64,000 nucleotides of DNA from Akkermansia muciniphila (GTDB lineage Bacteria > Verrucomicrobiota > Verrucomicrobiia > Limisphaerales > SIAT01), in the NCBI GenBank assembly GCA_945900775.1, contig CAMDJP010000004.1:25919-89918 (forward strand). Reading direction: 5' to 3'. The translations under genes were made by a program, and so were the position numbers. The first letter of the stretch is position 1; the number at the start of each line of letters is the position of its first letter. Below are positions 37,851 to 47,656 of this stretch, in pieces. The notes beneath the pieces were generated by a model. It was not told where the DNA came from. It saw only the letters and a program-made list of their open reading frames with translations, and did not search any database.

Positions 37851-39266
37851 GTGAACCTGGCATCTTTTCAATATCTCTCCCGACGCGACGCGCTACAGCG
37901 TGCAGCCGGCGGTTTCGGCTGGCTGGCGGCCTCCGCGTTGCTGGCTGACGAAACGCGTGCCGCGGCCAATCCACTTGCGCCAAAGAAACCGCATTTTCCC
38001 GCGCGGGCCAAACGCGTCATCTTTCTCTTCATGAAGGGCGGTCCGTCGCACTTGGACACATTCGATCCCAAGCCGCTGCTCGATCGCGATGACGGCAAGC
38101 CGTTCCCCGCTGCGAAACCGCGCGTGCAGTTCGCGGCAACGGGCGAGTTGCTCAAGTCGCCGTGGAAATTTCAGAACCACGGCAAGAGCGGGCTTCCCGT
38201 GAGTGAGCTCTTCCCGAATGTCGCGCAGTGCGTGGATGACCTTTGCATCGTCCGCTCGTTGCACGGTACGAACGCGGCGCACGGCGGTGCGCTCCTCAAG
38301 CTCCACACCGGCAGCGACAACTTCGTCCGGCCGAGTATGGGCGCGTGGGTCAACTACGGTCTTGGTTCCGAGAACCAGAACCTTCCCGGTTTCATTACCA
38401 TCTGCCCCACACTCGCGCATGGCGGCGTGAACAACTGGGGCGCGGCTTTCCTACCCGCCGCGTATCAGGGCACGCCGCTCGGCAACGCCGCCATCCCGGT
38501 CACCGCGGCCACCGTGCGGCACATCAAGAACACGCGCCTCACGCCGACGCAGCAGCGCGCACAGCTCGATCTGCTCGCGCAAATGAACCGCGATCACCTC
38601 GCGAAGGCCGGCCCGAATCCGGCCCTCGAGGGCCGCTTGAATTCCTTCGAGCTCGCCTTCCGCATGCAGATCGCGATGCCCGAGGCGCAGGATTTGTCGA
38701 AGGAGACCGAGGCGACGAAAAAGCTCTACGGACTCGACGACAAGGTGACAGAGAACTTCGGCCGCCAATGTCTCATGGCTCGCCGTTTCGCCGAGCGCGG
38801 TGTCCGTTTCATCCAGGTCACACACAGCGACGGTGATGTGCAATGGGACCAGCACGGCAACCTCCGCAAAGGCCACACGAAGAACGCCGCCGAGGTCGAC
38901 AAACCCATCGCCGGACTCTTGAAGGACCTGAAGGCGCGCGGGCTGTTGAAGGACACGCTTGTTCTCTGGGGCGGGGAGTTTGGTCGAACCCCTGCGGCGC
39001 AGGGTGCCCGTGATGGTCGCGATCACAACCCCGAGGGCTTCACGATGTGGATGGCGGGAGGCGGTGTGAAACCGGGCATTGCTTATGGGGCGACCGATGA
39101 TTACGGATGGTTCGCCGCCGAAAACAAGGTGCACATCCACGACCTTCACGCCACGGTGCTGGCCCTGCTCGGGCTCGATCATGAGCGGCTCACCTACCGC
39201 TACGCCGGACGCGACTTCCGGCTCACGGATGTACACGGGCACGTGGTGAAAGAGATTTTCGCCTGA
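37851..39266 (+). CDS. DUF1501 protein (paired subtype, Tat-exported)
   Basis: GTG at 37851, 2 bp after the upstream stop. Tat motif [24 protein letters not shown]. Also [17 protein letters not shown] and [17 protein letters not shown]. The C-terminus [15 protein letters not shown] is identical to that of the 28664 copy. Confidence 0.9.
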   Translation: MNLASFQYLSRRDALQRAAGGFGWLAASALLADETRAAANPLAPKKPHFPARAKRVIFLFMKGGPSHLDTFDPKPLLDRDDGKPFPAAKPRVQFAATGELLKSPWKFQNHGKSGLPVSELFPNVAQCVDDLCIVRSLHGTNAAHGGALLKLHTGSDNFVRPSMGAWVNYGLGSENQNLPGFITICPTLAHGGVNNWGAAFLPAAYQGTPLGNAAIPVTAATVRHIKNTRLTPTQQRAQLDLLAQMNRDHLAKAGPNPALEGRLNSFELAFRMQIAMPEAQDLSKETEATKKLYGLDDKVTENFGRQCLMARRFAERGVRFIQVTHSDGDVQWDQHGNLRKGHTKNAAEVDKPIAGLLKDLKARGLLKDTLVLWGGEFGRTPAAQGARDGRDHNPEGFTMWMAGGGVKPGIAYGATDDYGWFAAENKVHIHDLHATVLALLGLDHERLTYRYAGRDFRLTDVHGHVVKEIFA

Positions 39267-39514
39267 CGAAAACAACCCCTCTTCGACTTGGCTTTGGTAT
39301 AAATAGGATAAATATCCGGTTCTAAATTACCTGTTCCGTTAACTTCGATGCCAGCGCGCCGCCCAGACAACCCTCGGCGCTCGACACGCAGCCCACGCTA
39401 CGGCACGCTCCGCACGTGGGCTTTTCGCCGCAGCAATTCGAGCAGCTCCAGCGACGGTTGAGCGGTCGCCGCCGTAGAACTTCGGAGGTCGAGCCACACG
39501 CAACCGTACATCAG

Positions 39515-40009
39515 GTGCTTCTCGGCGTGGACCCTTCCTTGCGCGGCACCGGCTACGGCATCATCCGCCTCGCCAATCCCCATCCCGCGACGCTCGCCCA
39601 GGGCACGATCCATTGCCCCACTACTTGGGACCGCTCGCGGTGTCTGGCGAAGATTTCACATACGCTACGTGAAGTGATCCGCGAGTACCGCCCCGCCGTC
39701 TGCGCGATCGAAAGCCTTTTCTACGCCCAGAACCTGAAGACCGCGCTCATCATGGGCGAGGCGCGTGGCGCGGCACTGGCGGCAATCGCCGAGGAAGGCT
39801 TGGAGATTTTTGAGATTGCTCCACGCAAAGTGAAGCTCGCGGTCGTCGGCTACGGTGCAGCGCAGAAAATCGCCGTCGCCAAGATGGTCCAGCGCATGCT
39901 CGGCTTGGTCAATCTGCCCGAGCCCGACGCAGCGGATGCGCTCGCGCTGGCGCTCGCCTTCGCCCAAGAGCAGGGGAGGCCCGCGCTCTCGGCGCCGAAG
40001 AAGATTTGA
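39515..40009 (+). CDS. ruvC: Crossover junction endodeoxyribonuclease RuvC
   Basis: LLGVDPSLRGTGYGII, ESLFYAQNLKTALIMGEARG and ADALALALA. GTG at 39515 gives the typical ~164 aa. The ORF stays open upstream to GTG at 39416, so the start is uncertain. Confidence 0.85.
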   Translation: MLLGVDPSLRGTGYGIIRLANPHPATLAQGTIHCPTTWDRSRCLAKISHTLREVIREYRPAVCAIESLFYAQNLKTALIMGEARGAALAAIAEEGLEIFEIAPRKVKLAVVGYGAAQKIAVAKMVQRMLGLVNLPEPDAADALALALAFAQEQGRPALSAPKKI

Positions 40010-40089
40010 CGTCGACGAGCTGTTCTCGGCGACTTTGTGCTTTTTCAGCGCCGGATGAATCGGCAAGACTCTCCGCAGCAGACGCGCAG

Positions 40090-40692
40090 ATGATTACATC
40101 TCTACACGGCAAGTTGATTAAATCGCTCCCGACGCAGGTCGTCGTGGAGGTCCACGGTATCGGCTACGAGGTGCTCATCCCGCTCTCGTCGTTCGACAAG
40201 CTTCCGGCGCCGGGAGAGGAGGTGCGCTTGCTGACGCATCTTGCGGTGCGCGAGGACGCCCATGTGCTCTACGGTTTCATCACCTCCAACGAGCGTGAGC
40301 TTTTCCGGTTACTCATCAATACCGTCAGCGGCATCGGTCCGAAGATTGCCTTGAACATTCTCAGCGGCATTAACGCCGCCGCGTTCCGCACCGCCGTGAC
40401 AAGCGGCGACGTGAAGTCGCTCTCGCAAGTTTCTGGTGTTGGAAAGAAAACCGCCGAGCGGATAGTCGTCGAGTTGCGCGACAAGCTAGGAGCCGTGACG
40501 AGCGATATCGCGGTGGGTGGCCAACCGATGCCTGCGAACGATCAAAAGTTGCATGACGCCGTGTTGGCGCTTGGCGCTCTGGGTTTCAAGCCGAACGACG
40601 CGCATGACGCCGTGCGCGCCGCGATTGCTGTCCTCGGGCCGCAAGCCGCGGTGGAGCAGATTGTCCGTGCCGCGCTCAAGAAGGGTGCGTGA
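40090..40692 (+). CDS. ruvA: Holliday junction DNA helicase subunit RuvA
   Basis: ATG at 40090: MITSLHGKL..VVVEVHGIGYEVLIP. HhH motifs VSGIGPKIALNIL and VSGVGKKTAERIVVEL. Confidence 0.9.
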   Translation: MITSLHGKLIKSLPTQVVVEVHGIGYEVLIPLSSFDKLPAPGEEVRLLTHLAVREDAHVLYGFITSNERELFRLLINTVSGIGPKIALNILSGINAAAFRTAVTSGDVKSLSQVSGVGKKTAERIVVELRDKLGAVTSDIAVGGQPMPANDQKLHDAVLALGALGFKPNDAHDAVRAAIAVLGPQAAVEQIVRAALKKGA

Positions 40693-41399
40693 TGGACGGC
40701 GCACCCGTCCAACCTGCCGCGCCAAAACCCAGCGGCCCTATCACCCCGCAACGCGCTAAATGGCACGGCCGTCTCGCCGCACGACTCGTTCACACGCTCG
40801 TCACGCTGGTCGCCGCCACGCTTCGTTACGAGTTCCGAAATCGCTCCGGTTTTTTTAACGGCGAGCCGGCGACGCCGGCCATCTACGCCATCTGGCATAA
40901 CCGACTTGCTCTCTCGCTCATCGTCCATCGCAAGTTTATCCAGCCCCATCATCCGTCTCGTCGCCTCGCTGCACTCGTCAGCGCGAGCCGCGATGGCGGG
41001 TTGCTTGCCCGCATCCTCGAACTCTTCGACGTTGAACCGGTCCGCGGTTCTTCCAGTCGCCGCGGCGCGCAAGCCTTGCTGGAGCTGACTTCGTGGGCGG
41101 AACAGGGGCATAACATCGCGATCACACCTGACGGCCCGCGTGGCCCCTGCTATCGCGTTCAAGACGGAGCCATCGCGCTCGCGCAGCTCACGGGTCGGCT
41201 GATTGTCCCGGTCTCCTATTCGCTCGGCTGGAAACTCCGGCTGCGGAGTTGGGATCGCTTTCAAATCCCGCTGCCATTCAGCCGTTGCCGAGTCGAGTTT
41301 GGTGAGCCAATCCGAGTTCCGCATGAAGCCGATGCTGCCGAACGCGAAGGTCTCCGGTTCGAACTGGAAAGCCGGCTCAAGGCCATGACGGTCGATTGA
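40689..41399 (+). CDS. DUF374 / lysophospholipid acyltransferase-family protein
   Basis: IYAIWHNRL..SASRDGGLLARILELFDVEPVRGSSSRRGAQAL..GHNIAITPDGPRGP. The start overlaps the ruvA stop. Confidence 0.7.
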   Translation: MMDGAPVQPAAPKPSGPITPQRAKWHGRLAARLVHTLVTLVAATLRYEFRNRSGFFNGEPATPAIYAIWHNRLALSLIVHRKFIQPHHPSRRLAALVSASRDGGLLARILELFDVEPVRGSSSRRGAQALLELTSWAEQGHNIAITPDGPRGPCYRVQDGAIALAQLTGRLIVPVSYSLGWKLRLRSWDRFQIPLPFSRCRVEFGEPIRVPHEADAAEREGLRFELESRLKAMTVD

Positions 41400-41423
41400 G
41401 CTTTCGGAGGTGCAAGCGGCACG

Positions 41424-41987
41424 TCACTTCTCCTTCCCGAAATCTTCGTTGCGATAGCGGTCGCGTCGTTGCTGAACGTCCCCGATATACTTCTTGGTGG
41501 TCGGAAAGGTGATTTGCGAGGCGAAGATCGCGCTGTTGGTTTCTGCGGCATCTTTGTTCCAGCGCAGCACGTGGGTGCGGCCGGCATTGTAATCCGCCAG
41601 CGCATAGGCAGGCGGGTTGTCCGTGTGCGGATAGCGTTTCAGGAGCTTCGCGAGATACCAAGAGCCAGCGAGCGTGTTCGTGCCGGGATCGAGGAGGTGG
41701 CTGAACTGGAAGCTCGCGATGCGCTCGGCTTCGGCCCACTCGTGCGCGGCGGCATCGCGGATCTGCATCAGACCGAGTTCGCCAGCGCGACCGCGCGCAT
41801 CCGGATTGAAACGGCTTTCGCGCCAGACGATGGCCTTCACGAGCGCGGGGTCGACATGGTAGCGCCGCGCGGCGGTGAGGATTGCCGTGTCGTGTCGTGA
41901 CTCGCGCCAGTGGCGGTACCACCAGACGCCAATCACGGCGTCCACGACGACAACGGCGAGTGCAAGCCGAAGCCAGCGGCGTTTCAT
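41424..41987 (-). CDS. Lytic transglycosylase (SLT domain), membrane-anchored
   Basis: Internal ATG at 41985-41987 gives MKRRWLRLALAVVVVDAVIGVWW (anchor). Catalytic ESRFNPDARGRAGELGLMQI, plus ADYNAG. The longer ORF to 42236 would overlap priA. Confidence 0.8.
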   Translation of the reverse strand: MKRRWLRLALAVVVVDAVIGVWWYRHWRESRHDTAILTAARRYHVDPALVKAIVWRESRFNPDARGRAGELGLMQIRDAAAHEWAEAERIASFQFSHLLDPGTNTLAGSWYLAKLLKRYPHTDNPPAYALADYNAGRTHVLRWNKDAAETNSAIFASQITFPTTKKYIGDVQQRRDRYRNEDFGKEK

Positions 41988-42071
41988 CGTTCGTTTGTAA
42001 GCGGCAACCGCGACGTGCGCGAGCGCGTTTTTGCCCTCGACTCCAGCCTCTCGACCCTCGACCTTTTTGCT

Positions 42072-44300
42072 GTGGTTGCACGAGTGACATTGGAAATCGC
42101 GCTCCGGAAGGAGTTTGATTACCTCATCCCTCCCGAACTTGCGGGGCAGATTGAGGTAGGCTCGCGCGTGAAGGTGCCGTTCGGACCGAGACAGGTGATG
42201 GGCTGTGTAACTGGGCTCATCGAGGCCTCGTCGCATGCAGCCTTGAAGCCAATCGCTAAGGTCGTGGGCACTCGCTCGCTCGTCACGCCGCGGGTTCTCG
42301 CGCTCGCACGTTGGATCGCCGATTACTACTGCTGCGCACCGGAGATTGCGCTCAAAAGTGTGCTGCCCGAGGCGGTGCGCAAGGAGAAGGAGGGGTGGCG
42401 CGAACGGCTTTTCGTCCGGTTTATGGCGCCGGTCGGTGAGGCGCCGAAATTAACCAAACGTCAGCAGGAAATTTTGAAGATCATCGAGGATCGGCGCGAA
42501 CTGCCATTGCAGGAATTGCTCACGCTGGTCGAAACCACGCCCGACACGATTCGCCGGCTCGAGGACAAGGGATTAGTCACCATCGCGCTGCAGGTTTCCG
42601 AACGCGATCCGTACGCACACGAAAATATCCTACCCACGCAACCTCTGCCGCTGAACGCGGAGCAAAGCGCGGCGTTGGTGAAAATTCTCGCGGTGATGGA
42701 TTCGCCTTCGACCACTGCTAGCAACGCGACTTTTCTCCTCCACGGCGTGACCGGCAGCGGCAAAACAGAGGTCTATTTGCAGGGCATCGCTCACGCGTTG
42801 GCGCAGGGTAAAGGTGCGATTGTGCTCGTGCCAGAAATCGCACTCACGCCGCAGACGGTGGAGCGGTTTAAGGCGCGTTTCAGCCATGGGCCGCTCAAGA
42901 CGCTCGTTGCCGTATTACATAGTCATCTCTCCGCCGGCGAACGCCACGATGAATGGCACAAGATACGGCAGGGCCGCGCGCGCATCGTGATCGGCGCGCG
43001 TTCGGCAATCTTCGCGCCCGTGGAACCGCTCGGATTAATCATCGTGGATGAGGAACACGAGCATTCCTACAAGCAGGAGGAATCGCCCCGTTACCACGCG
43101 CGCGATGTAGCGGTCGTTCGCGGTCGGATGGAGAATGCGGTCGTCGTGCTCGGTTCGGCGACGCCGTCGCTGGAGAGTTATCACAACGCGAAGAAGGGCA
43201 AGTACGCGCTGCTCGAAATGCCCACGCGTGCGGACGACAAGAAGATGCCGCTGGTGCGCGTGGTGGACATGAGGCACGAAGGACACAAGGAAAAGGGGCC
43301 GCCGATTTTCGCGCAGCGCCTGAAGGATGCGATCACTACACGCCTGGAGCGCAAGGAACAGACAATTCTCTTTCTCAACCGGCGTGGCTTCGCGACGTCA
43401 TTGCAATGTCCGAAGTGCGGTTACGTGGCCGAATGCCCGAACTGCAGTGTATCGCTCACGTACCATCGCCGGGAGCAGCGGCTTTGCTGTCACATTTGCA
43501 ACCACACGGCGTCGGCCCCGAGCATTTGCCCAAATAACCAATGCCGCAATACAGCCATTCGCTTTGCTGGAACCGGCACTGAGAAGGTTGAGGATGTTCT
43601 GGTGAAGCTGTTCCCGAAAGCCAATGTGCGACGGATGGATTCCGACGCGCTCAAGCGCAAGGAGGATTATCGGACAATCCTCGGCGATTTTCGCCGTGGC
43701 AAAATCGACATTCTCGTCGGCACGCAGATGATCGCGAAGGGGTTGCACTTCCCGAACGTGACGCTTGTCGGAATCATCCACGCCGATCTGAGTTTGCATC
43801 AAGCCGACTTTCGCGCGGGCGAGCGCACGTTTCAGCTTATCACGCAGGTGGCCGGTCGCGCAGGTCGCGGCGATGTGGAAGGCGAAGTAATCGTGCAGAC
43901 CTTCACGCCGTTTCATTCGGCGATTCAGTTCGCGCGCCGTCACGACTTCGCGGGCTTCTACGACGAGGAGGTTGGATTTCGAGCGCAACTTCACTATCCG
44001 CCGCTCGGCCGCGTGGCGTTGCTCACGCTCAAAGGACGTAATGAGGAAAAGGTCGCGTTCTCCGCCGAGCACTTGCGCAAGGAACTGGAGAAGGTGTTGA
44101 AGGATTGGAAGGATCTCGTTATCGCCGGCCCCGCACCTGCGCCACTGGCCCGCGCTGAAACCTTCTATCGTCATCAACTCATGCTGCGTACCGGTCGGAT
44201 GAGCCAACTCAGCCGCGAATTGGCAAAGATTATGATCGCTTTTAAGCTGCCGGAAGAAGTGGCACTTGCTGTGGACATTGATCCAGTGAACCTGTCGTGA
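42072..44300 (+). CDS. priA: Primosomal protein N' (replication restart helicase PriA)
   Basis: Walker A GVTGSGKTEVYL and DEEH (IIVDEEHE). Cys-rich zinc-binding insert CPKCGYVAECPNCSVSLTYH..CCHICNH. GTG at 42072 avoids overlap with the divergent SLT gene. Confidence 0.9.
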   Translation: MVARVTLEIALRKEFDYLIPPELAGQIEVGSRVKVPFGPRQVMGCVTGLIEASSHAALKPIAKVVGTRSLVTPRVLALARWIADYYCCAPEIALKSVLPEAVRKEKEGWRERLFVRFMAPVGEAPKLTKRQQEILKIIEDRRELPLQELLTLVETTPDTIRRLEDKGLVTIALQVSERDPYAHENILPTQPLPLNAEQSAALVKILAVMDSPSTTASNATFLLHGVTGSGKTEVYLQGIAHALAQGKGAIVLVPEIALTPQTVERFKARFSHGPLKTLVAVLHSHLSAGERHDEWHKIRQGRARIVIGARSAIFAPVEPLGLIIVDEEHEHSYKQEESPRYHARDVAVVRGRMENAVVVLGSATPSLESYHNAKKGKYALLEMPTRADDKKMPLVRVVDMRHEGHKEKGPPIFAQRLKDAITTRLERKEQTILFLNRRGFATSLQCPKCGYVAECPNCSVSLTYHRREQRLCCHICNHTASAPSICPNNQCRNTAIRFAGTGTEKVEDVLVKLFPKANVRRMDSDALKRKEDYRTILGDFRRGKIDILVGTQMIAKGLHFPNVTLVGIIHADLSLHQADFRAGERTFQLITQVAGRAGRGDVEGEVIVQTFTPFHSAIQFARRHDFAGFYDEEVGFRAQLHYPPLGRVALLTLKGRNEEKVAFSAEHLRKELEKVLKDWKDLVIAGPAPAPLARAETFYRHQLMLRTGRMSQLSRELAKIMIAFKLPEEVALAVDIDPVNLS

Positions 44301-44359
44301 AGTGTCGGCCGGTTGATTCCGCATTCGACAACGTCCCAGCGGTTTGTTAACTCACTTCT

Positions 44360-45196
44360 GTGTCGTCTACGCCGAGCGTTCTGCTGCTGATTCCCGCGTA
44401 CAACGAGGAGCACCGTATCGAGCCGGTGCTTCGCGAGTACGTCGCCCATTTTCGTGCGCATCACGCGGGCCGATTCCAGCTCGTAGTGGTATTGAATGGT
44501 TGCCGCGACAACACGCTCGGCGTGGTGAACCGTGTTGCTGGTGAATTCTCCGAAGTCAGCGCGCTCAATTTCCCGGCGCCCATCGGCAAAGGTGGCGCCA
44601 TCATCGAAGGACTTCGCCTCGCGCCGACCGCCGATCTCATCGGCTACGTGGATGCCGACGGAGCCACGCCGCCGAGCGCATTTTACGAGTTGGCGCGCCG
44701 CTGCGCCGCCGGCGAGGCGGATTGCATGATTGGTTCACGCTGGCTGCCCGGCGCCGTGTTGCTGCAAAGCCAGACGCGTCTACGCCGCTTTGTGAGCCGC
44801 TGTTTCCATCTGGTCGTCGAGTCCCTTTTCTGGCTCGGCATCAAGGACACGCAATGCCCCGCGAAGGTAATGCGCCGTGCCGCGGCGGAGAAGATCCACG
44901 GCGCGCTGCGCATCGCCGACCTCGCTTTCGATGTGAACCTACTGGTGGCATTGAACCGTGCCGGTTTCACAGTGCGCGAAGTGCCGGTGGAGTGGGCCGA
45001 CAAACTCGGCTCGAAAGTGAGTGCGAATCTCTGGCGCTGCGCGTTGGTGATGTTCCTTTCCGTCGTACGGCTGCGGCTGATCTATTCCCCGTTCTACCGT
45101 CTTCTGGCACCACTGCGGCCTTTGGAGACGTGGGTTTATCTCACCCTTCTCCACGCCCCTGCGCCGCGTCGAGGAACGGAGCCTAAACAGAATTAG
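44360..45196 (+). CDS. Family 2 glycosyltransferase (polyprenol-phosphate sugar transferase-like)
   Basis: LLIPAYNEEHRI, YVDADGATPP (DxD) and a C-terminal TM segment. GTG start. Confidence 0.85.
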   Translation: MSSTPSVLLLIPAYNEEHRIEPVLREYVAHFRAHHAGRFQLVVVLNGCRDNTLGVVNRVAGEFSEVSALNFPAPIGKGGAIIEGLRLAPTADLIGYVDADGATPPSAFYELARRCAAGEADCMIGSRWLPGAVLLQSQTRLRRFVSRCFHLVVESLFWLGIKDTQCPAKVMRRAAAEKIHGALRIADLAFDVNLLVALNRAGFTVREVPVEWADKLGSKVSANLWRCALVMFLSVVRLRLIYSPFYRLLAPLRPLETWVYLTLLHAPAPRRGTEPKQN

Positions 45197-46472
45197 CCGC
45201 GCTTGACTGGGTCGATTCGCGCTCGCGCCAAGAGAAGAAGAGCGCGACGACGAGAAAGAGAAGGTTGAACAGACCGAGGGTTTGCACGACACGAATGAAT
45301 CCGGTCAGCGGTTCCAGGGTGCTGGAACGTTTCGCGACTACGGACAAGACGACCAGATAGCTTATCGCTACAATCATGAGCCACGGGACGACTGCGTAAC
45401 GGCCTCGCGCGAGCAGATGGCTATTCAGCACGCCAGCGAGTACTAACGGCGTCATCGCCCACGCAAACCACGGCACCAGCGGTGCTGCTATGGGCAGGAA
45501 CGATGGATCGTACACGAGGCGTAGCGGTAGCTCTGGAAAAAGCGTGCAGAAACCGGCCGCGCCGCCAGCGATGAGGGCTGTGAGACCGAGTGTTTGGAAT
45601 AGTACGTTGCTTTTCTCACCGGTCGCCGTCGCGCGCGCCACCTTCGGGAACATCACCATCACGATCGGGCCGACGAGGAAGACCAGCGCGCGCCCGATCA
45701 TCCCCGCCGCCGCGTAGAAGCCGGTCTGTTCGGCCTTGAAATAGTGTTGCACAAGAATCATGTCCGCGCACATCAGGAGGATTCCCGCACCCGCGCCGAA
45801 CTTGAATGGGACCAACCGTTTCACCCACGGACGCCAGAGAAATGGCTCATCTCCAGCGTTACGCAGAGCATCGCGCGCCGCCCACCACACCAGAGCCAGC
45901 GCGGCGAAGTAGCCGAGCCAGACGCCCACCATCACGCTGGTTACGTATGCGCTGAAGCCGACGATGACGGCGATCGAGATTAAACGCACTACGCTGAGTG
46001 AGAAGATACTGCCGCCGAGCCGCAGAAAATCCTGACGCCCCTGCAATACGCCCGAGAAAACTGGAAGCCAAAGGGCCATCAGCGCACAGGCCATCGTGAT
46101 CCAGAGCGTGCCGGGACTGGAGATTTTTAGCGTCTCGAGGAGTTGGTTTTGAAACACGAGCACGATGGCAGCGGTTGCGATCCATATGACGAGGATTCCG
46201 AGAAGCACCGTACGGAGCGCGGCGGCGAGTTGTCGGCGGTCGCCGTCGGTCTGCGCCGCGGCAGTTTGCTGCGCTAGGGTGGTTTGAATGCCGATGACGG
46301 GAATGCCGACGAGATTCAGCAGTTGCAGCAGCGTAGTGAAAACCCCGTAGTCAGCCTTGGGCATCTCTTTCGCGAATTTGTGGACGGCGTACGAGGCAAG
46401 GCCTCCGAGGAAGATTGCCGCCGTGAGGCCACCGCTCTGGCGCAGGAAGGTGGAGAGGGATTCGCGGTTCAT
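45183..46472 (-). CDS. Polysaccharide/oligosaccharide flippase (MOP/Wzx-like) membrane protein
   Basis: 429 aa with ~12 hydrophobic segments, in a polysaccharide gene context. Its 3' end overlaps the convergent GT2 gene by 14 bp. Confidence 0.7.
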   Translation of the reverse strand: MNRESLSTFLRQSGGLTAAIFLGGLASYAVHKFAKEMPKADYGVFTTLLQLLNLVGIPVIGIQTTLAQQTAAAQTDGDRRQLAAALRTVLLGILVIWIATAAIVLVFQNQLLETLKISSPGTLWITMACALMALWLPVFSGVLQGRQDFLRLGGSIFSLSVVRLISIAVIVGFSAYVTSVMVGVWLGYFAALALVWWAARDALRNAGDEPFLWRPWVKRLVPFKFGAGAGILLMCADMILVQHYFKAEQTGFYAAAGMIGRALVFLVGPIVMVMFPKVARATATGEKSNVLFQTLGLTALIAGGAAGFCTLFPELPLRLVYDPSFLPIAAPLVPWFAWAMTPLVLAGVLNSHLLARGRYAVVPWLMIVAISYLVVLSVVAKRSSTLEPLTGFIRVVQTLGLFNLLFLVVALFFSWRERESTQSSAANSV

Positions 46473-46478
46473 CGCAGG

Positions 46479-47609
46479 TCAGGGCAACGACAGCAGGAAA
46501 CGAGTGAGCAGCGCCGTGGCGCGTTCAAGCTGGGTGAGGGCAATCCATTCGTTGGCCGTGTGGGCTTGAGCGATGTCGCCGGGTCCGAAGACGACGCTGG
46601 GGATGTCACCACGGGCGAGAATGGCAGCGTCGCAAAAAAAATCCACGCCGAGCGGACGAGATTGGCCGGCTGCGTCCAAGAACTCGCGCACGAGTGGCTG
46701 GCGCGGATCGGTTTCAAGCGCAGGGCAGGAGCCGGATTTGGTATTGGCGATGGTTGCGGCGAGCTTGTGTTTGCGGAGCAGGGCTTGGATTTCGCGACGA
46801 ATGCCGGCCTCCGTCTCGCCCGGCAACGTGCGGCGATCAATGGAGATTTCGCAGCGATCGGGCACGATATTCGCCTGGACGCCACCACGGATGGCGCCGA
46901 CGTTCACCGTGCCGTGGCCGAGCAGCGGGTGGCGGCGGCAACGCAATTGTGCGGCGTAATCGGTCTCCAATACATCGACCACGCGAGCCATCGCATGGAT
47001 GGCATTTCGTCCCAACTCGGGACGCGCGCCGTGAGCGGCCTTACCGTGTGTGGTGAGTCGGAGCCAGAGATCGCCTTTGTGTGCTGTAACGACGCGGCAG
47101 CGCGTTGGTTCGCCGACGATGGCGAGGTCAGCCTTGAAACCACTGCGAGCCAGTGCGCGCGAGCCGCTTTGCCCGTTCTCCTCGTCCACCAGTCCAGCAA
47201 AAATAATCTCGGTGTGCCGGGGGCGTTGCTTGCTTTTGGCAACAGCGCAAAGTGCAGTGAAGTAAGCGGCCACGCTGCCTTTTGTATCGCAGGCGCCGCG
47301 ACCGTGAAGTCGGCCGTTCTTGATGACAGGTTGCAGTTGTTTACCTTCGGCGCTGACGGTGTCGAGGTGCGGTGCGAGCAGGATGCGGCGCTCGACCTTG
47401 CCGGTGGGCGAGAGGCTAGTGAGAAAATTAGCGCGGTCAGGCAGGACGTCTTGAAAGCCGATGAAATCGAGACCAGCGTGGCGCGCTTCATGGGAGAGGA
47501 ACTCGGCAACGTGCTGTTCGCCGGCGCGAGCGTCGCCAGCGGGGAGGAAGGCGGGGTTCACGCTCGGCAGCGCGACGAGTTCACGAAGCAATTTGGTGGC
47601 GGCCTCCAT
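46479..47609 (-). CDS. M20-family metallohydrolase (ArgE/DapE/CPG2-like)
   Basis: LLAPHLDTV, GRGACDTKG, LVDEENG and AHTANEW, which are typical M20 metal-ligand motifs. Confidence 0.85.
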   Translation of the reverse strand: MEAATKLLRELVALPSVNPAFLPAGDARAGEQHVAEFLSHEARHAGLDFIGFQDVLPDRANFLTSLSPTGKVERRILLAPHLDTVSAEGKQLQPVIKNGRLHGRGACDTKGSVAAYFTALCAVAKSKQRPRHTEIIFAGLVDEENGQSGSRALARSGFKADLAIVGEPTRCRVVTAHKGDLWLRLTTHGKAAHGARPELGRNAIHAMARVVDVLETDYAAQLRCRRHPLLGHGTVNVGAIRGGVQANIVPDRCEISIDRRTLPGETEAGIRREIQALLRKHKLAATIANTKSGSCPALETDPRQPLVREFLDAAGQSRPLGVDFFCDAAILARGDIPSVVFGPGDIAQAHTANEWIALTQLERATALLTRFLLSLP

Positions 47610-47656
47610 GAACGAAGACTTTAGCGCCCCTCAGGAAAAGTGTCGAGTGCGCGCGG

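Noticed and set aside
39416-39514. 33-codon Arg-rich N-terminal extension of ruvC
   Set aside because: RuvC homologs begin right at the ..LGVDP.. strand, and GTG 39515 gives the canonical length. The extension is kept only as an alternative start.
41910-42071. N-terminal extension of priA (ORF track start at 41910), and the long SLT ORF up to 42236
   Set aside because: The two extensions overlap each other on opposite strands. The internal starts (GTG 42072 for priA; ATG 41987 for SLT, which gives a proper membrane anchor) remove the overlap and match the usual protein N-termini.
46284-47624. 446-aa plus-strand ORF antisense to the M20 hydrolase and flippase genes
   Set aside because: It crosses a gene junction. 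The minus-strand genes have clear M20 metal-site motifs and a 12-TM profile.
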